A stretch of DNA of 64,000 nt from an uncultured Verrucomicrobiae bacterium (GCA_963788655.1 CAWBHS010000090.1:64001-128000); one strand, 5' to 3'. Positions 39,584 to 49,808 are shown, numbered from the stretch's first letter. Translations and numbers: made by a program. The notes: generated from the letters alone by a model not told the origin.

Positions 39584-39881
39584 TTCTTTCGAGTGGTCGT
39601 AAGCCCTTATTAATCAAAGGTCGCGCTCGCGTCGTCGAGCAGCGCCTGAATCAGGTTCGAGCATTCTCCGCCATGGTTCCCGGCAAATCCCGGGACGGCG
39701 GCCGCATCACGCGGCCGTATCCGGGTGCTTTCCGGCCGCCGGCAGGGACACTGGCGACGCGCTGATGATTCCACTCGATCCGAGCTGGGTGGCCCGCTCA
39801 CGTCGGCGCGGCATGAACGGCGGCGACCGACCGGTGCAGATCCCAGGCGGTTTGCGTCAAGTCAATCCAGAGAGGACAGGA

Positions 39882-40946
39882 ATGCGCAGTACCAGCAACG
39901 GACCCGCGCGGCTGGCCGGGGGCCTTGCGGCCATCGCCTGGTTCGGCGCCACGACGTCCACGGCGATGGCAGCGGATACAGCGCCGACCTTCACGGGGAT
40001 TGTGATCGGCACCTATCAACACGCCAGCCGTTCCGACATCAACGGCACTCCGGCGGACGATGAGGCCAGCGCCGCCATCGATCTGAGCGTCAGCCTGCCC
40101 GCTGCGGGCGGCGCATTGGAACTGGAAGTGAAAGGCGGCACTACACCCGGAACCAGCGACGAAGGCGGACGCATCGTGCCGTGGCAGATCTTCTACCGCC
40201 ACGAGGTCGGCAACGGTTCGCTGGCGGTGGGATTGATCGATGCCGCTGCCTGGCTCGACGGCAACGACGTCGCCAATGACGAGTTCACTCAGTTTCTCGG
40301 CGCCAGCTTCGTCAACAATTCCACCATCGACATGCCCAGTGCCAGCGCCGGTGCCGCGTACACCGCCGCACTCGGCCGGTCCTGGGGACTGACCCTATTG
40401 GCCGCCAACGCCCGCGGCGTCGAACCGAGTTACCGCACTGCTTTCGAACTCGGGCGCGAGGACCATGGGCTGTTCACAGCGCTACAAGTGGAGTGGACCG
40501 GCACCGGGATGAGCGCCAACGCCGGCGTGTGGTTCAACTCCCGGCACCACGACGGCGATGGTGATGGAATCGACGACGACCGTCTCAGCGACGCCCGCGG
40601 CCGTGGCGCATACGGGAACCTGTCGGGCGCGCTCGGGCAGGGCCAATGGAACCTGCGCCTGGGCTGGGCCGACCCGGACGTGCAGGCGGCGGCGGGATTC
40701 GCCGCCATCGCCTACGCCCATCCGATCGGCAAGACCGTGCTGGGCGCAGCCATCGGCCGCACCTTCGTCTCCCACCAGCTGCGCGGCGCCCGCGCCGACG
40801 TCGACCAGGCCGAAGTCTACCTGCGGCTGCCGCTGACCCATGGATTTAGCGTCACCGCCGACCTGCAGCACGTTCGCCACAGCGGCTTCGATCCGGCCCG
40901 GGACGGCGCCTGGGTGACCGGTGTGCGGGCTGCCTGGGCCTTTTGA
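39882..40946 (+). CDS. Outer-membrane porin (OprB/carbohydrate-porin-like)
   Basis: Signal peptide; LD.N.VANDEFTQFLGASFVNN; amphipathic strands; ends RAAWAF. Confidence 0.8.
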   Translation: MRSTSNGPARLAGGLAAIAWFGATTSTAMAADTAPTFTGIVIGTYQHASRSDINGTPADDEASAAIDLSVSLPAAGGALELEVKGGTTPGTSDEGGRIVPWQIFYRHEVGNGSLAVGLIDAAAWLDGNDVANDEFTQFLGASFVNNSTIDMPSASAGAAYTAALGRSWGLTLLAANARGVEPSYRTAFELGREDHGLFTALQVEWTGTGMSANAGVWFNSRHHDGDGDGIDDDRLSDARGRGAYGNLSGALGQGQWNLRLGWADPDVQAAAGFAAIAYAHPIGKTVLGAAIGRTFVSHQLRGARADVDQAEVYLRLPLTHGFSVTADLQHVRHSGFDPARDGAWVTGVRAAWAF

Positions 40947-40964
40947 CGGGCCGGCCTCGCCGAC

Positions 40965-41384
40965 TCAGGGCCGCGCCGGCAAATGCCGCAGCCGCAGAGC
41001 CGCCCCCGCCGGAAGGCCCGCGTCGAGACGGGCGCAATAGCCGAATTGGCGTGCACGGCGATTGGCGGTCACCAGGCGATACAGGGTCGCTTCGGACTGA
41101 GCCACCACCCGGCCATCCACCGTCGCCTCCAATAGCACACGTCCGGGACGGGACCGGGGCAACGGATCAGGCAGCAGCTGTAACCGGCCCCGCACCCACC
41201 AGGCGCCGTCGCGACGCTCAATCTCGGTAACCCGCAACTGCGTGTGGGGGCCGCCTAGCGTCGCCACCGACTGCGAGTCGACCGCCTTCGCCGGCACCGG
41301 GAGCAGTACGCTCATTGCCGCCACACCCAACCACACCAGGAAAGCAACGGACCGAGCGCCGGATGTGAATACCATCGGATACAC
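40965..41384 (-). CDS. Hypothetical exported protein
   Basis: Hydrophobic N-terminus with AKA cleavage site; beta-rich body. Confidence 0.55.
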   Translation of the reverse strand: MYPMVFTSGARSVAFLVWLGVAAMSVLLPVPAKAVDSQSVATLGGPHTQLRVTEIERRDGAWWVRGRLQLLPDPLPRSRPGRVLLEATVDGRVVAQSEATLYRLVTANRRARQFGYCARLDAGLPAGAALRLRHLPARP

Positions 41385-41587
41385 CTATGCGTTTGCCTAC
41401 TGTCTTTTGTAGCCCACGAACCTGAATCCAGCCTTAAAGCACCTGCGACTTCGGCATCCCACTGCCACGCGTCACGCTGCGGCCCACGCCTTAGGAATCA
41501 TTGATTTTTGTCAGAGCCCCGAAACATGGACGCGACTAGACTTGCGGCCTACGGAACCATGCGTTCCTTTCGAGGAGGCACAAAGTT

Positions 41588-41983
41588 ATGAAGCTTCGAA
41601 CGCTACACGGATTGTGGTTGGGATTGGCGCTGACGGTCGCGCTGCCGGCGATGGCGCAGGACCAGATGCGCGACCAAACCCAAGCCACCGACCGCGAGCA
41701 AATGCGCGATCAACAGATGTACGGTTATCAATTGATGAGTCCCGCTGAGCAGGAGGCCTATCGCGAGCGCTTGCGCACGGCCACTACCGCGCAAGAGCGC
41801 GAACGCATTCGTGCCGAGCAACACCAGCAAATGCAGCAACGGGCGCGCGAACGCGGCGTGACACTGCCGGATGAGCAGCCAACCCAAGGCCCCAGGCAAG
41901 GCGGCATGGCTCCGGGCAGTGGGATGGGATCAGGCGGTAACATGGGGTCGGGCGGAGGCATGGCGCCCAGAGGGCGGCACTGA
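41588..41983 (+). CDS. Periplasmic Gln/Met/Arg-rich helical protein
   Basis: GAGGAGG RBS; signal peptide; MYGYQLMSPAEQEAYRERLR..ERERIRAEQHQQMQQRARERG; GMG-rich tail. Confidence 0.85.
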   Translation: MKLRTLHGLWLGLALTVALPAMAQDQMRDQTQATDREQMRDQQMYGYQLMSPAEQEAYRERLRTATTAQERERIRAEQHQQMQQRARERGVTLPDEQPTQGPRQGGMAPGSGMGSGGNMGSGGGMAPRGRH

Positions 41984-42112
41984 AATCCATGCTCGGCGGC
42001 CCCGCAGACACGCGGTGACCCTCCGCGAGCCCTGCGGCAGTTGCCGCAGGGCCGCGGGCGCGGCTGCGCCGTTCTGATATGGTAGGCCTGCCGCCGCCCA
42101 ATCGGAGCCACC

Positions 42113-42697
42113 ATGTCCACCTTCGTTGCCCACGCGCTGTCGGCTTATGCCATGACACGCGTCGGCCCGGCGCCCCTCGCCCGACTCCGGGCCGTGTCGC
42201 TCGCCGCCATGGTCTGCGCGTGCATTCCCGATCTGGACGTGGTGGCGTTCGCCTTCGGTATTCCCTACGGCGATTTGTTCGGTCACCGCGGCTTCAGTCA
42301 TTCCCTGTTGTTCGCCGCATTGCTCGGGGCTTTGGTCAGCGCCTGGATGAGCCGGCGCCTGGCACTCACCGCAGGCCAACGTCTGGCGTTGTTCGTGCTG
42401 CTGTTTCTGGCCACGGCGTCCCACGGCCTGCTGGATGCCATGACCGACGGCGGCCTGGGAGTCGCGTTCTTCGCACCCTTAGATAACGGTCGCTATTTCC
42501 TGCCCTGGCGGCCGCTGGTGGTACCCCCCATCGGCATCCTGCCCATGTTCAGCGCCTGGGGCTTGGCGGTGGCGCGAACCGAGCTGCTATATATCGGTCT
42601 GCCCAGTCTGGCACTCATCGGGGCAGCGAAAACGCTCCGGCGCCCGGCGCTTCAAAGCACGGATTCAAACCCTTCGAACTGCGGCGGTCCGAGATAA
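42113..42697 (+). CDS. YdjM-like membrane metal-dependent hydrolase
   Basis: PDLD, GHRGFSHS and SHGLLDAMTDGG motifs. Confidence 0.9.
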   Translation: MSTFVAHALSAYAMTRVGPAPLARLRAVSLAAMVCACIPDLDVVAFAFGIPYGDLFGHRGFSHSLLFAALLGALVSAWMSRRLALTAGQRLALFVLLFLATASHGLLDAMTDGGLGVAFFAPLDNGRYFLPWRPLVVPPIGILPMFSAWGLAVARTELLYIGLPSLALIGAAKTLRRPALQSTDSNPSNCGGPR

Positions 42698-42954
42698 ATG
42701 TCTTTGGCCGCGCCGGCTTGTGCATGGGCTTTGCGGAACGATTCGGACTTGGTCCACGCTTCGAACGAGGCGCGCGAATCCCATTCCGAATGGGAAGCGA
42801 ACAAGGTGGCGGTTTCATCGCTGGGTCCGCGCAACAGCTGAAACTGCTTGAACCCCGGCACTTGATCCAAATACGTTTCGCGTTGGCGCCAAACGTCGAC
42901 GAATTCTTCTTCCCGACCGCGGGCGACTCGAAAGCGATTCATGGCAATAAACAT
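42652..42954 (-). CDS. Antibiotic-biosynthesis-monooxygenase family, IsdG/HmuQ-like
   Basis: MFIAMNRF..PGF..W..F.AWTKSESFRKAH; AGGAG RBS. Confidence 0.88.
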   Translation of the reverse strand: MFIAMNRFRVARGREEEFVDVWRQRETYLDQVPGFKQFQLLRGPSDETATLFASHSEWDSRASFEAWTKSESFRKAHAQAGAAKDIYLGPPQFEGFESVL

Positions 42955-43112
42955 CGGTTGCTCCTGATACAGGCTATGTTGGCAGAACATCCAGCCTAGC
43001 CGACTGACGCCGCGCTCGCGACGGAAAGTAGCACCCTGAAACGAGCCGTTGATTACCGCAAGCCGAGTCGGTGAAAATAACGCGCTCGCTCCCGAAAAAC
43101 AGGGCCTCGGTC

Positions 43113-43688
43113 ATGGAACCATCGACGCTGACTGAACTGGACGTATTGTTTCGCGCCGTGGGCAGCGCCGCGTCACTGCTCACCGTCAGCGGCGTGATCA
43201 TCGGCGGCATTGTCGGCTTACGCCGCTACCGCCATGGTTTGAAGATCAAAGCCGGAGAACTGCTGCTGCAGATGGAACAGGAATTTCGCATCGTTTCACC
43301 GACCTGCCTGATTTGGGAAACGACGAGCAGCTACCGGTCTCGGATCAAACCCGTGCTGGACAAGAATTCAATCGACGCGGCCATGTCGGACGAGGAGTTC
43401 AAACTACTGCAGGACATCGATCGCTGTTTACGATTCTTTTATCTTTGCACTGTCCTGCATACTGATTTGAAGATCGAGCGTGCGATCGTTGCCCGCTCCT
43501 ACTATTGGTATGCAAGCCTGCTGCTGGACAGCGGCGCCCGCCCTGAACTCGCGGAATACGTGCGCCAGCATTACCGCCGGCTGTATGAATGGTTGCAGCG
43601 GCACAAGCCCTGCTTCCAACACTACCGCGACACCGGCGAGTGGCGCGAATGCGATGCCCTGCCGTGCGCCCCATCGCAGCGCGGATGA
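43113..43688 (+). CDS. Hypothetical membrane-anchored helical protein (DUF4760-like architecture)
   Basis: Single N-terminal TM followed by an aromatic-rich helical domain. Confidence 0.65.
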   Translation: MEPSTLTELDVLFRAVGSAASLLTVSGVIIGGIVGLRRYRHGLKIKAGELLLQMEQEFRIVSPTCLIWETTSSYRSRIKPVLDKNSIDAAMSDEEFKLLQDIDRCLRFFYLCTVLHTDLKIERAIVARSYYWYASLLLDSGARPELAEYVRQHYRRLYEWLQRHKPCFQHYRDTGEWRECDALPCAPSQRG

Positions 43689-43707
43689 ATACCATATCTG
43701 GGTTGCC

Positions 43708-44199
43708 ATGCGCTTGAGCTATCAACGCCCGGCTGCACTCGACGATGTGCAACCGCTGATCGCGCAGCTCGAGGACGAGCTCGGTCCGGAATTCGAAAGG
43801 TCCATGCGCGCCTGGTTTGGACTCGAACCGCGGCCCTATGCCTTCGATGCCTGGGAAGTATTTGTCGCCCACGAAGAGGGCGGCACTTCAGAGGTCGGCG
43901 TCTGCGGCTACTACCGCCAGCAGGGTGACCGCCCCGGCCGGTTCTGGGTCGGGTGGCTGGGCGTCGTACCACGAGCCCGCCGCCAAGGCGTCGGGGCACA
44001 GCTGCTGAACAAGCTGACACGTGAAGTGACCAGCGCGGGCGGCAGGGAACTATGGGTCTATACCGAGCCTGACAATCGTGCTGCCGCCGCGTTCTATCTC
44101 GCCAACGGCATGCTGCCGCAAGGACCGTTCGCCGATCTAGGCCTGCCACAAGCGGCCGCCTCGCCGCACAGCATCACGTTTTCCAAAACCCTTGGCTAA
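43708..44199 (+). CDS. GNAT-family N-acetyltransferase
   Basis: LGVVPRARRQGVGAQL and N.AA.AFY...G motifs. Confidence 0.88.
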   Translation: MRLSYQRPAALDDVQPLIAQLEDELGPEFERSMRAWFGLEPRPYAFDAWEVFVAHEEGGTSEVGVCGYYRQQGDRPGRFWVGWLGVVPRARRQGVGAQLLNKLTREVTSAGGRELWVYTEPDNRAAAAFYLANGMLPQGPFADLGLPQAAASPHSITFSKTLG

Positions 44200-44225
44200 C
44201 CCGTATCAGAGCCGCCTGCAGTAAC

Positions 44226-44870
44226 ATGACACAAATGACTCCAGAACAATTCCGCCGCCGTGAGATGGACCAGGGCCTCGAGCGCAGCCAGCTGGACGCC
44301 GACCCGTTGCGGCAGTTCGAACGCTGGTATCAGGATGCCATCGACGTCCAGATACCGGAACCAAACGCCATGAGCCTGGCCACGGTCGCCGCCGACGGCC
44401 AGCCCTCCCTGCGCACCGTACTGCTGAAACTCTATGATCATCGGGGCTTCGTGTTCTTTACCAACTATGACAGTCGCAAAGCGCGCGAGATCGCTGGCAA
44501 CCCGGCCGTAGCACTGCTGTTTCCGTGGGTTGCACTGGGCCGGCAAGTGAAGATCACGGGCCGGGCAACCAAGATTTCGTTCACCGAATCCCTGCGCTAT
44601 TTCGCCAGCCGCCCGCGCGGCAGCCAAATCGGCGCCTGGGCCTCGCCACAAAGCCAGGTGATCAAGACGCGCGCCTTGCTCGACATCAAAGTCGACGAAA
44701 TGAAACGCAATTTCGCCGATGGCCACATTCCACTGCCTTCATTCTGGGGCGGGTTTCGCGTCTACGCCCAGGCCATCGAATTCTGGCAGGCGCGCGAAAG
44801 CCGGTTGCACGACCGATTCGTGTATCGACGGGTCAACCAGCACTACCACATCGAACGACTTGCGCCCTAA
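44226..44870 (+). CDS. pdxH: Pyridoxine/pyridoxamine 5'-phosphate oxidase
   Basis: EPNAMSLAT, RTVLLK, FFTNYDSRK, SRP..SQIGAWASPQS and EFWQ....RLHDR motifs. Confidence 0.96.
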   Translation: MTQMTPEQFRRREMDQGLERSQLDADPLRQFERWYQDAIDVQIPEPNAMSLATVAADGQPSLRTVLLKLYDHRGFVFFTNYDSRKAREIAGNPAVALLFPWVALGRQVKITGRATKISFTESLRYFASRPRGSQIGAWASPQSQVIKTRALLDIKVDEMKRNFADGHIPLPSFWGGFRVYAQAIEFWQARESRLHDRFVYRRVNQHYHIERLAP

Positions 44871-45012
44871 TCGGGTGGCTGGGCACGGGCGCAGTGGCCG
44901 TACAATCACAGAAGCAGGTCCGCCGCGCCGGCAAGGCACGCATTACACTTGCCGTTTACTCGTGCCTTCGCGGCAGGCATGCTGAAGACCCTATTTGCAA
45001 CAGGAGTATGTG

Positions 45013-45408
45013 ATGAACGCGAGCGGCGCCAACTCCATCGGCAAGCTTATTTTGCGTCTCACCCTCGGCATTCTGATTCTGCTGCATGGTACCGACAAGC
45101 TGTTGCATGGCATCGGTCCCATCGAAGGCATGGTAACTGCGGCAGGCCTGCCGGCATTTTTTGCCTTCGGCGTATACCTCGGCGAGATCCTGGGTCCCGT
45201 GCTGTTGATTCTGGGTTTCTATGCGCGACTCGGCGCCGGGCTCATCGCCTTCAACATGCTGGTGGCGTTGGCACTGGTGCATCGGGCCGAAATTTTCACG
45301 CTCAACCCTCACGGTGCGTGGACGTTGGAGTTGCAGGGCATGTATCTGTTCACCGCCTTGGCGCTGGTAATCATGGGCCCCGGCCGGCTGAGCCTCAACG
45401 GTCGTTGA
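45013..45408 (+). CDS. DoxX family membrane protein
   Basis: LRL.LG....HG..K, GE and GPGRLSL motifs; 4 TM. Confidence 0.9.
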   Translation: MNASGANSIGKLILRLTLGILILLHGTDKLLHGIGPIEGMVTAAGLPAFFAFGVYLGEILGPVLLILGFYARLGAGLIAFNMLVALALVHRAEIFTLNPHGAWTLELQGMYLFTALALVIMGPGRLSLNGR

Positions 45409-45447
45409 CCGTTTCGGCCGCCACCGGCCGGCGCCTTCATCCCCGGT

Positions 45448-46071
45448 TCAGCGCCCGGCGCTGACGTCGGGCTTTTGCAGCGCCTTGTTCAGGTCGCCGC
45501 GCAAGCGGGCGAACACTTTCTGATAGGCATCGATCGAGGATTGTCTTACCGCCGACTTCATCGCGAACGCACCGCCCCAGAACATCTTACCGCCCTGGGT
45601 CAATCCGGTTTCCGTATAGCTGTGATCGAACAACTGCCGACGGTCAGCGGTGTACGCCACCGCGCGCACGGTCACCGTGGCGTGGAAATCGGCGAACGTA
45701 TAACTGGGCACGAACAATTGCAGTATCAGCGGCCGGTCGTCCAGGTTCGCGTCGGCGACCGCGTCGACGTAACGGTATTGCACGAACATCTGCGGCAACT
45801 CGATATCGGCAACCTGTTTGAGCATCAGACCTGGCTCGGCGTTCCAGCTATGGGCGATGCCGGTCATGAAGGAACGGATCGCAACCTGATTATGCAACGT
45901 CGCATCGTCGATCACCGCCACCACGCTGCGGCTGTAACGCTTGGTGTCAATCGCGTAGTGAGCATCCTGAAACGCCACCTGGTGGGCACACCCGCCCAGC
46001 AGTAATGCCGCCATCAGCAATGCAAGCAAAGCGAACCTGCCGCAGATCTGCGGCCGAAGACTCCTATCCAT
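45448..46071 (-). CDS. Hypothetical lipoprotein
   Basis: Lipobox LGGC; GGGGA RBS. Confidence 0.8.
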   Translation of the reverse strand: MDRSLRPQICGRFALLALLMAALLLGGCAHQVAFQDAHYAIDTKRYSRSVVAVIDDATLHNQVAIRSFMTGIAHSWNAEPGLMLKQVADIELPQMFVQYRYVDAVADANLDDRPLILQLFVPSYTFADFHATVTVRAVAYTADRRQLFDHSYTETGLTQGGKMFWGGAFAMKSAVRQSSIDAYQKVFARLRGDLNKALQKPDVSAGR

Positions 46072-46164
46072 GTTTTCCCCCGGTTTCTTGTTGGTATGTG
46101 ATTGCGGGGTCAGATTAACCGAGCGCCAGACCGGGTTCCAGCGCGGGCGCGAGCGGCCCAGCGC

Positions 46165-47694
46165 TTACCCCAGACGATCGTCGGCGACGCGATAATGGGG
46201 GTCTTCGAGCACGTTTACTTCCACCAGGTCGCCGGCTTTGCGCAGCAACTGCCGGCACTCGTCACTCAAATGGCGCAGGTGTAGACGCTTACCGGCCTGA
46301 ATGTATTTCTCGGCCAATGTGTCGATCGCATCGATCGCCGAGTGGTCCGCTACCCGCGAATGCTGGAACTCGATGATGACGTCGTCGGGATCGTTGGCGG
46401 GATCGAACAACTCCATGAAGCGCTTTACCGAGCCGAAAAAGATCGGACCGTTGAGCTCATAGATCCGCGACCCCTGCGCGTCGTCGTAGGATACGACATG
46501 GATATTCTTGGCGTGCTCCCACGCGAAAACGATCGCCGACACGATCACGCCCACCACAACCGCAACGGCCAGGTCCGTGAATACCGTGACTATGGAAACG
46601 AGCACCAGCACGAACGCGTCGGATCGGGGAATCTTGCCCATGATCCGCAGGCTGGACCATTCGAAGGTCGCGATCACCACCGCGAACATGACCCCTACCA
46701 GAGCAGCCATCGGGATCGCTTCTATGAGTCCGGACGCCGCCAGAATGAATACCAACAGGAACAATGCCGCCGCCACGCCGGACAAACGCTTGCGGCCGCC
46801 GGAACTGACGTTGATCATACTCTGACCGATCATGGCGCAGCCGCCCATGCCGCCAAACAGGCCGGTCACGGTATTGGCGATGCCCTGCCCCACGCATTCC
46901 CGATTGCCGCGACCGCGAGTATCTGTGACCTCGTCGATCAGACTCATGGTCAACAGCGATTCGATCAGGCCGATGGCGGCGAGCACCAGCGCGTAGGGCG
47001 CAATGATCGCGAGTGTATGCAGGTTCAACGGCACACTTGGCAGGTGAAACGACGGCAGGCCGCCCGCGATCGTAGCCAAGTCGCCTACGGTGCGGGTATC
47101 CAGGTGCAGGCCGGTCACCAGCAACGTCACGACCACGATGGCCGCCAGCGAGGACGGCACCCAGGCGGTGAGTTTCGGCAGCCAATACACGATGGCCATG
47201 GTCAGCATGATCAGACCGAGAAACAGCCACAGTCTCTGACCGTGCATCCATTCCGTTCCGCCGCCGGCAGCCGGCACCTGAAAGTGCTGCAGCTGGGCCA
47301 GGAAAATCACCACCGCCAGCCCGTTCACGAAACCCAGCATCACCGGATAAGAAACCATGCGGATGAATTTGCCCAGCCGCAGCACGCCGGCGCCGATTTG
47401 CAGCAAACCGGTCAACACCACGGTGGCGAACAGGTATTCGACTCCATGCTCGGCGACCAACGCCACCAGTACCACTGCCATGGAACCGGTGGCCCCGGAA
47501 ATCATTCCCGGACGACCGCCGAAAACCGCCGCCAACAGCCCCACCATGAACGCTGAATACAAGCCCACCAGAGGTTCCACGCCCGCCACGAATGCGAAAG
47601 CGACTGCCTCGGGTACCAGCGCCAACGCCACCGTCAGCCCGGAGAGCAACTCGTTTTGGAAGCATACGCGGGTGGCGCAACCTAATTTGAACAT
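46165..47694 (-). CDS. SulP-family anion transporter with STAS domain
   Basis: [27 protein letters not shown] and GGCAMIGQS motifs; STAS-like C-terminus. Confidence 0.95.
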   Translation of the reverse strand: MFKLGCATRVCFQNELLSGLTVALALVPEAVAFAFVAGVEPLVGLYSAFMVGLLAAVFGGRPGMISGATGSMAVVLVALVAEHGVEYLFATVVLTGLLQIGAGVLRLGKFIRMVSYPVMLGFVNGLAVVIFLAQLQHFQVPAAGGGTEWMHGQRLWLFLGLIMLTMAIVYWLPKLTAWVPSSLAAIVVVTLLVTGLHLDTRTVGDLATIAGGLPSFHLPSVPLNLHTLAIIAPYALVLAAIGLIESLLTMSLIDEVTDTRGRGNRECVGQGIANTVTGLFGGMGGCAMIGQSMINVSSGGRKRLSGVAAALFLLVFILAASGLIEAIPMAALVGVMFAVVIATFEWSSLRIMGKIPRSDAFVLVLVSIVTVFTDLAVAVVVGVIVSAIVFAWEHAKNIHVVSYDDAQGSRIYELNGPIFFGSVKRFMELFDPANDPDDVIIEFQHSRVADHSAIDAIDTLAEKYIQAGKRLHLRHLSDECRQLLRKAGDLVEVNVLEDPHYRVADDRLG

Positions 47695-47802
47695 CGACAA
47701 CTCCGGCGGCGGTGGCAGGCAAAGGAACCGCCCAGAATATCAGCATATGCTTATGCGCGCGAGGTGCCCCGCGTCGCCCGGCCGTGCTTCCAAGCCAGCT
47801 TT

Positions 47803-47831
47803 TTGACACCCGCTTCATCAATCTGTAACAT
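47803..47831 (+). promoter_or_regulatory. Sigma70-like promoter upstream of the DUF202 gene
   Basis: TTGACA-N17-TAACAT in an AT-rich intergenic patch. Confidence 0.5.
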
Positions 47832-47940
47832 ATTATTTTTTATTCACTTTTTGTATCCGGGTTTCTGCCTGCGGGGATCGCGCTCAACGCGGCTCCTGGC
47901 ACCGACACGGGACCCGCGACGTCCATCATGGAGGGCAACT

Positions 47941-48294
47941 GTGATTGATGACCCCTATTCGGAGTTCAAGCGCGAACAGATGATTCTGCGCGACTGGCTG
48001 GCATTGGACCGCACCGTACTGGCCAACAAACGAACGTTTCTGGCCTACGGCCGCACCTCCATCGCGCTGGTGGTCCTGGGCCTGGCGCTGGTGAAATTCG
48101 TCCAGCATGACGCAATGGAAATCGCCGGCTTCTGCCTGATGGCCTTCGGTATCGTGACCTTCGTTGTCGGCCTGCGTGAGTACTGGACCAACCAAGCCCG
48201 CTTCAAGCGCCTGTTGGCGGTGGAAAAGCACATGGACCGCGAACGGGAAGACGGCGAAGCCGGCGGCGGAGCGGCGGACGGGCACGTGTCCTGA
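47941..48294 (+). CDS. DUF202 (YidH-like) membrane protein
   Basis: GGAGG RBS before GTG; RD.LA..RT.LAN.RTFLAY.RT motif; 2 TM. Confidence 0.88.
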   Translation: MIDDPYSEFKREQMILRDWLALDRTVLANKRTFLAYGRTSIALVVLGLALVKFVQHDAMEIAGFCLMAFGIVTFVVGLREYWTNQARFKRLLAVEKHMDREREDGEAGGGAADGHVS

Positions 48295-48549
48295 AGCGCG
48301 TCGCGTTTTACGCAGCCGGCACGCCCAGTGCCGGTGCGTGGCGCTGCAATGCCCCCCGCAATCCTGTATAATACTTCCAGATTTCGGCGTATCGTCATTT
48401 CAAATCAGCAGGTTGAAATACGTTTGGCCTGCCCCGCGCTGTTCTCAAATCTGTTCGTCGCGTCAGCGTTGAGCTGAAACCCACATCGACAGGGCATCGA
48501 TTGCGCCCGGTTTTGCCGGCCACAATGGTGCAGGAGGAATTACTTTAAT

Positions 48550-48771
48550 ATGGCGAAGGAAGAACTCATCGAAGTCGAAGGTACGGTAAGCGAAGTGCTG
48601 CCCAACACCCGTTTTCGCGTCGAGCTGGAGAACGGCCACCAAGTCGCCGCATACGCTTCCGGCAAAATGCGCCGGTTCCGCATCCGCGTGGTCGCCGGAG
48701 ACAAAGTCAAACTGGAAATGTCCCCTTACGATCTGAGCAAGGGCCGGATCAGCTTCCGCTATAAAAACTGA
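48550..48771 (+). CDS. infA: Translation initiation factor IF-1
   Basis: [30 protein letters not shown]...GD.V..E.SPYDL.KGRI; AGGAGG RBS. Confidence 0.95.
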   Translation: MAKEELIEVEGTVSEVLPNTRFRVELENGHQVAAYASGKMRRFRIRVVAGDKVKLEMSPYDLSKGRISFRYKN

Positions 48772-48919
48772 TACCCAACCGTTTGCGCGTCGGTTCCGCA
48801 CGCGCTTCAGCAGCAAAGCTCGACGCGCACCGAGCGTTTCCGGTAGCCCGGACGGCGACCCGGCGGTCGCGATCCGGCGACCCGGCACGCGCCCCGACTC
48901 CCCTGGCTATACTCAGGCC

Positions 48920-49723
48920 ATGCGCGCGCTATCTTGGCTCTTGCTGGCGTTCCTCCCACCGGGCGCCTGGGCGACGGACTGGCCGCTGTTCGACGCCCAT
49001 ATCCATTACAGCGCCGACGTGTGGGACGCGCTGCCGCCAGCGGCGGCAGTCGCCCGACTCAAGGCAGCGGGGCTCAGCGGCGCGTTGGTCTCCAGTTCTC
49101 CCGATGAGGGCACGCAGATGTTGCGCCGTGTCGCGCCGCAATTCGTGGTGCCGGCGCTGCGCCCCTACCGCCGACACGGTGAGCTGCGCACCTGGATGCA
49201 CGATCCCACCGTTGTGCCGTATCTCGAGCAGCGCTTGGCGCTTGACCGCTACGTCGCCATCGGCGAGCTTCATATCAACGGCGTGGATGCGGAGTTGCCG
49301 ATCGTACGCCAGGTCGTGGAACTGGCCCGCAAACGCGAACTGATTCTGCATGTCCACTCCGACGCCAACGCCATTGAACGATTGTTTCGACAACAGCCTC
49401 AGGCACGCATCCTTTGGGCTCACGCCGGTTTCGAACCAGCCGCACGGGTGCGCGAATTGATGGAGCGTCACGAAACCTTATGGGCGGACTTGGCCTTTCG
49501 CCGCGAAATTTTCGTCAATGGGCACTTGCTCACCGACTGGCGTGCGCTATTGATCGATCATAATGACCGATTCATGGTTGGGGTCGATACCTACACGCCG
49601 CAACGGTGGTTAGAGGTGCAAACCGTCGCCGACGGGTTTCGCGCCATGCTCGACACCTTGCCGGAAGAAACCGCCGAACGTATCGCCTACCGCAATGCCG
49701 AACACCTTCTGGTAATCCCCTAG
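48920..49723 (+). CDS. Exported amidohydrolase/TatD-like metallohydrolase
   Basis: Signal peptide; FDAHIHY, IGELH, HVHSD, WAHAG and GVDTY motifs. Confidence 0.85.
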   Translation: MRALSWLLLAFLPPGAWATDWPLFDAHIHYSADVWDALPPAAAVARLKAAGLSGALVSSSPDEGTQMLRRVAPQFVVPALRPYRRHGELRTWMHDPTVVPYLEQRLALDRYVAIGELHINGVDAELPIVRQVVELARKRELILHVHSDANAIERLFRQQPQARILWAHAGFEPAARVRELMERHETLWADLAFRREIFVNGHLLTDWRALLIDHNDRFMVGVDTYTPQRWLEVQTVADGFRAMLDTLPEETAERIAYRNAEHLLVIP

Positions 49724-49808
49724 CGTCGCCAATCAGCTACTGTCGCAACAATCTGACACGGTTTTGCGATTTTCCATACCGCTCATAGCGCGCTTTTTTT
49801 CGGATCGA

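Noticed and set aside
39610..39801. Minus-strand 63-aa ORF as a BFD-like ferredoxin remnant
   Set aside because: Only a vague GECSNLIQALL resemblance; the Cys pattern is incomplete and there is no RBS.
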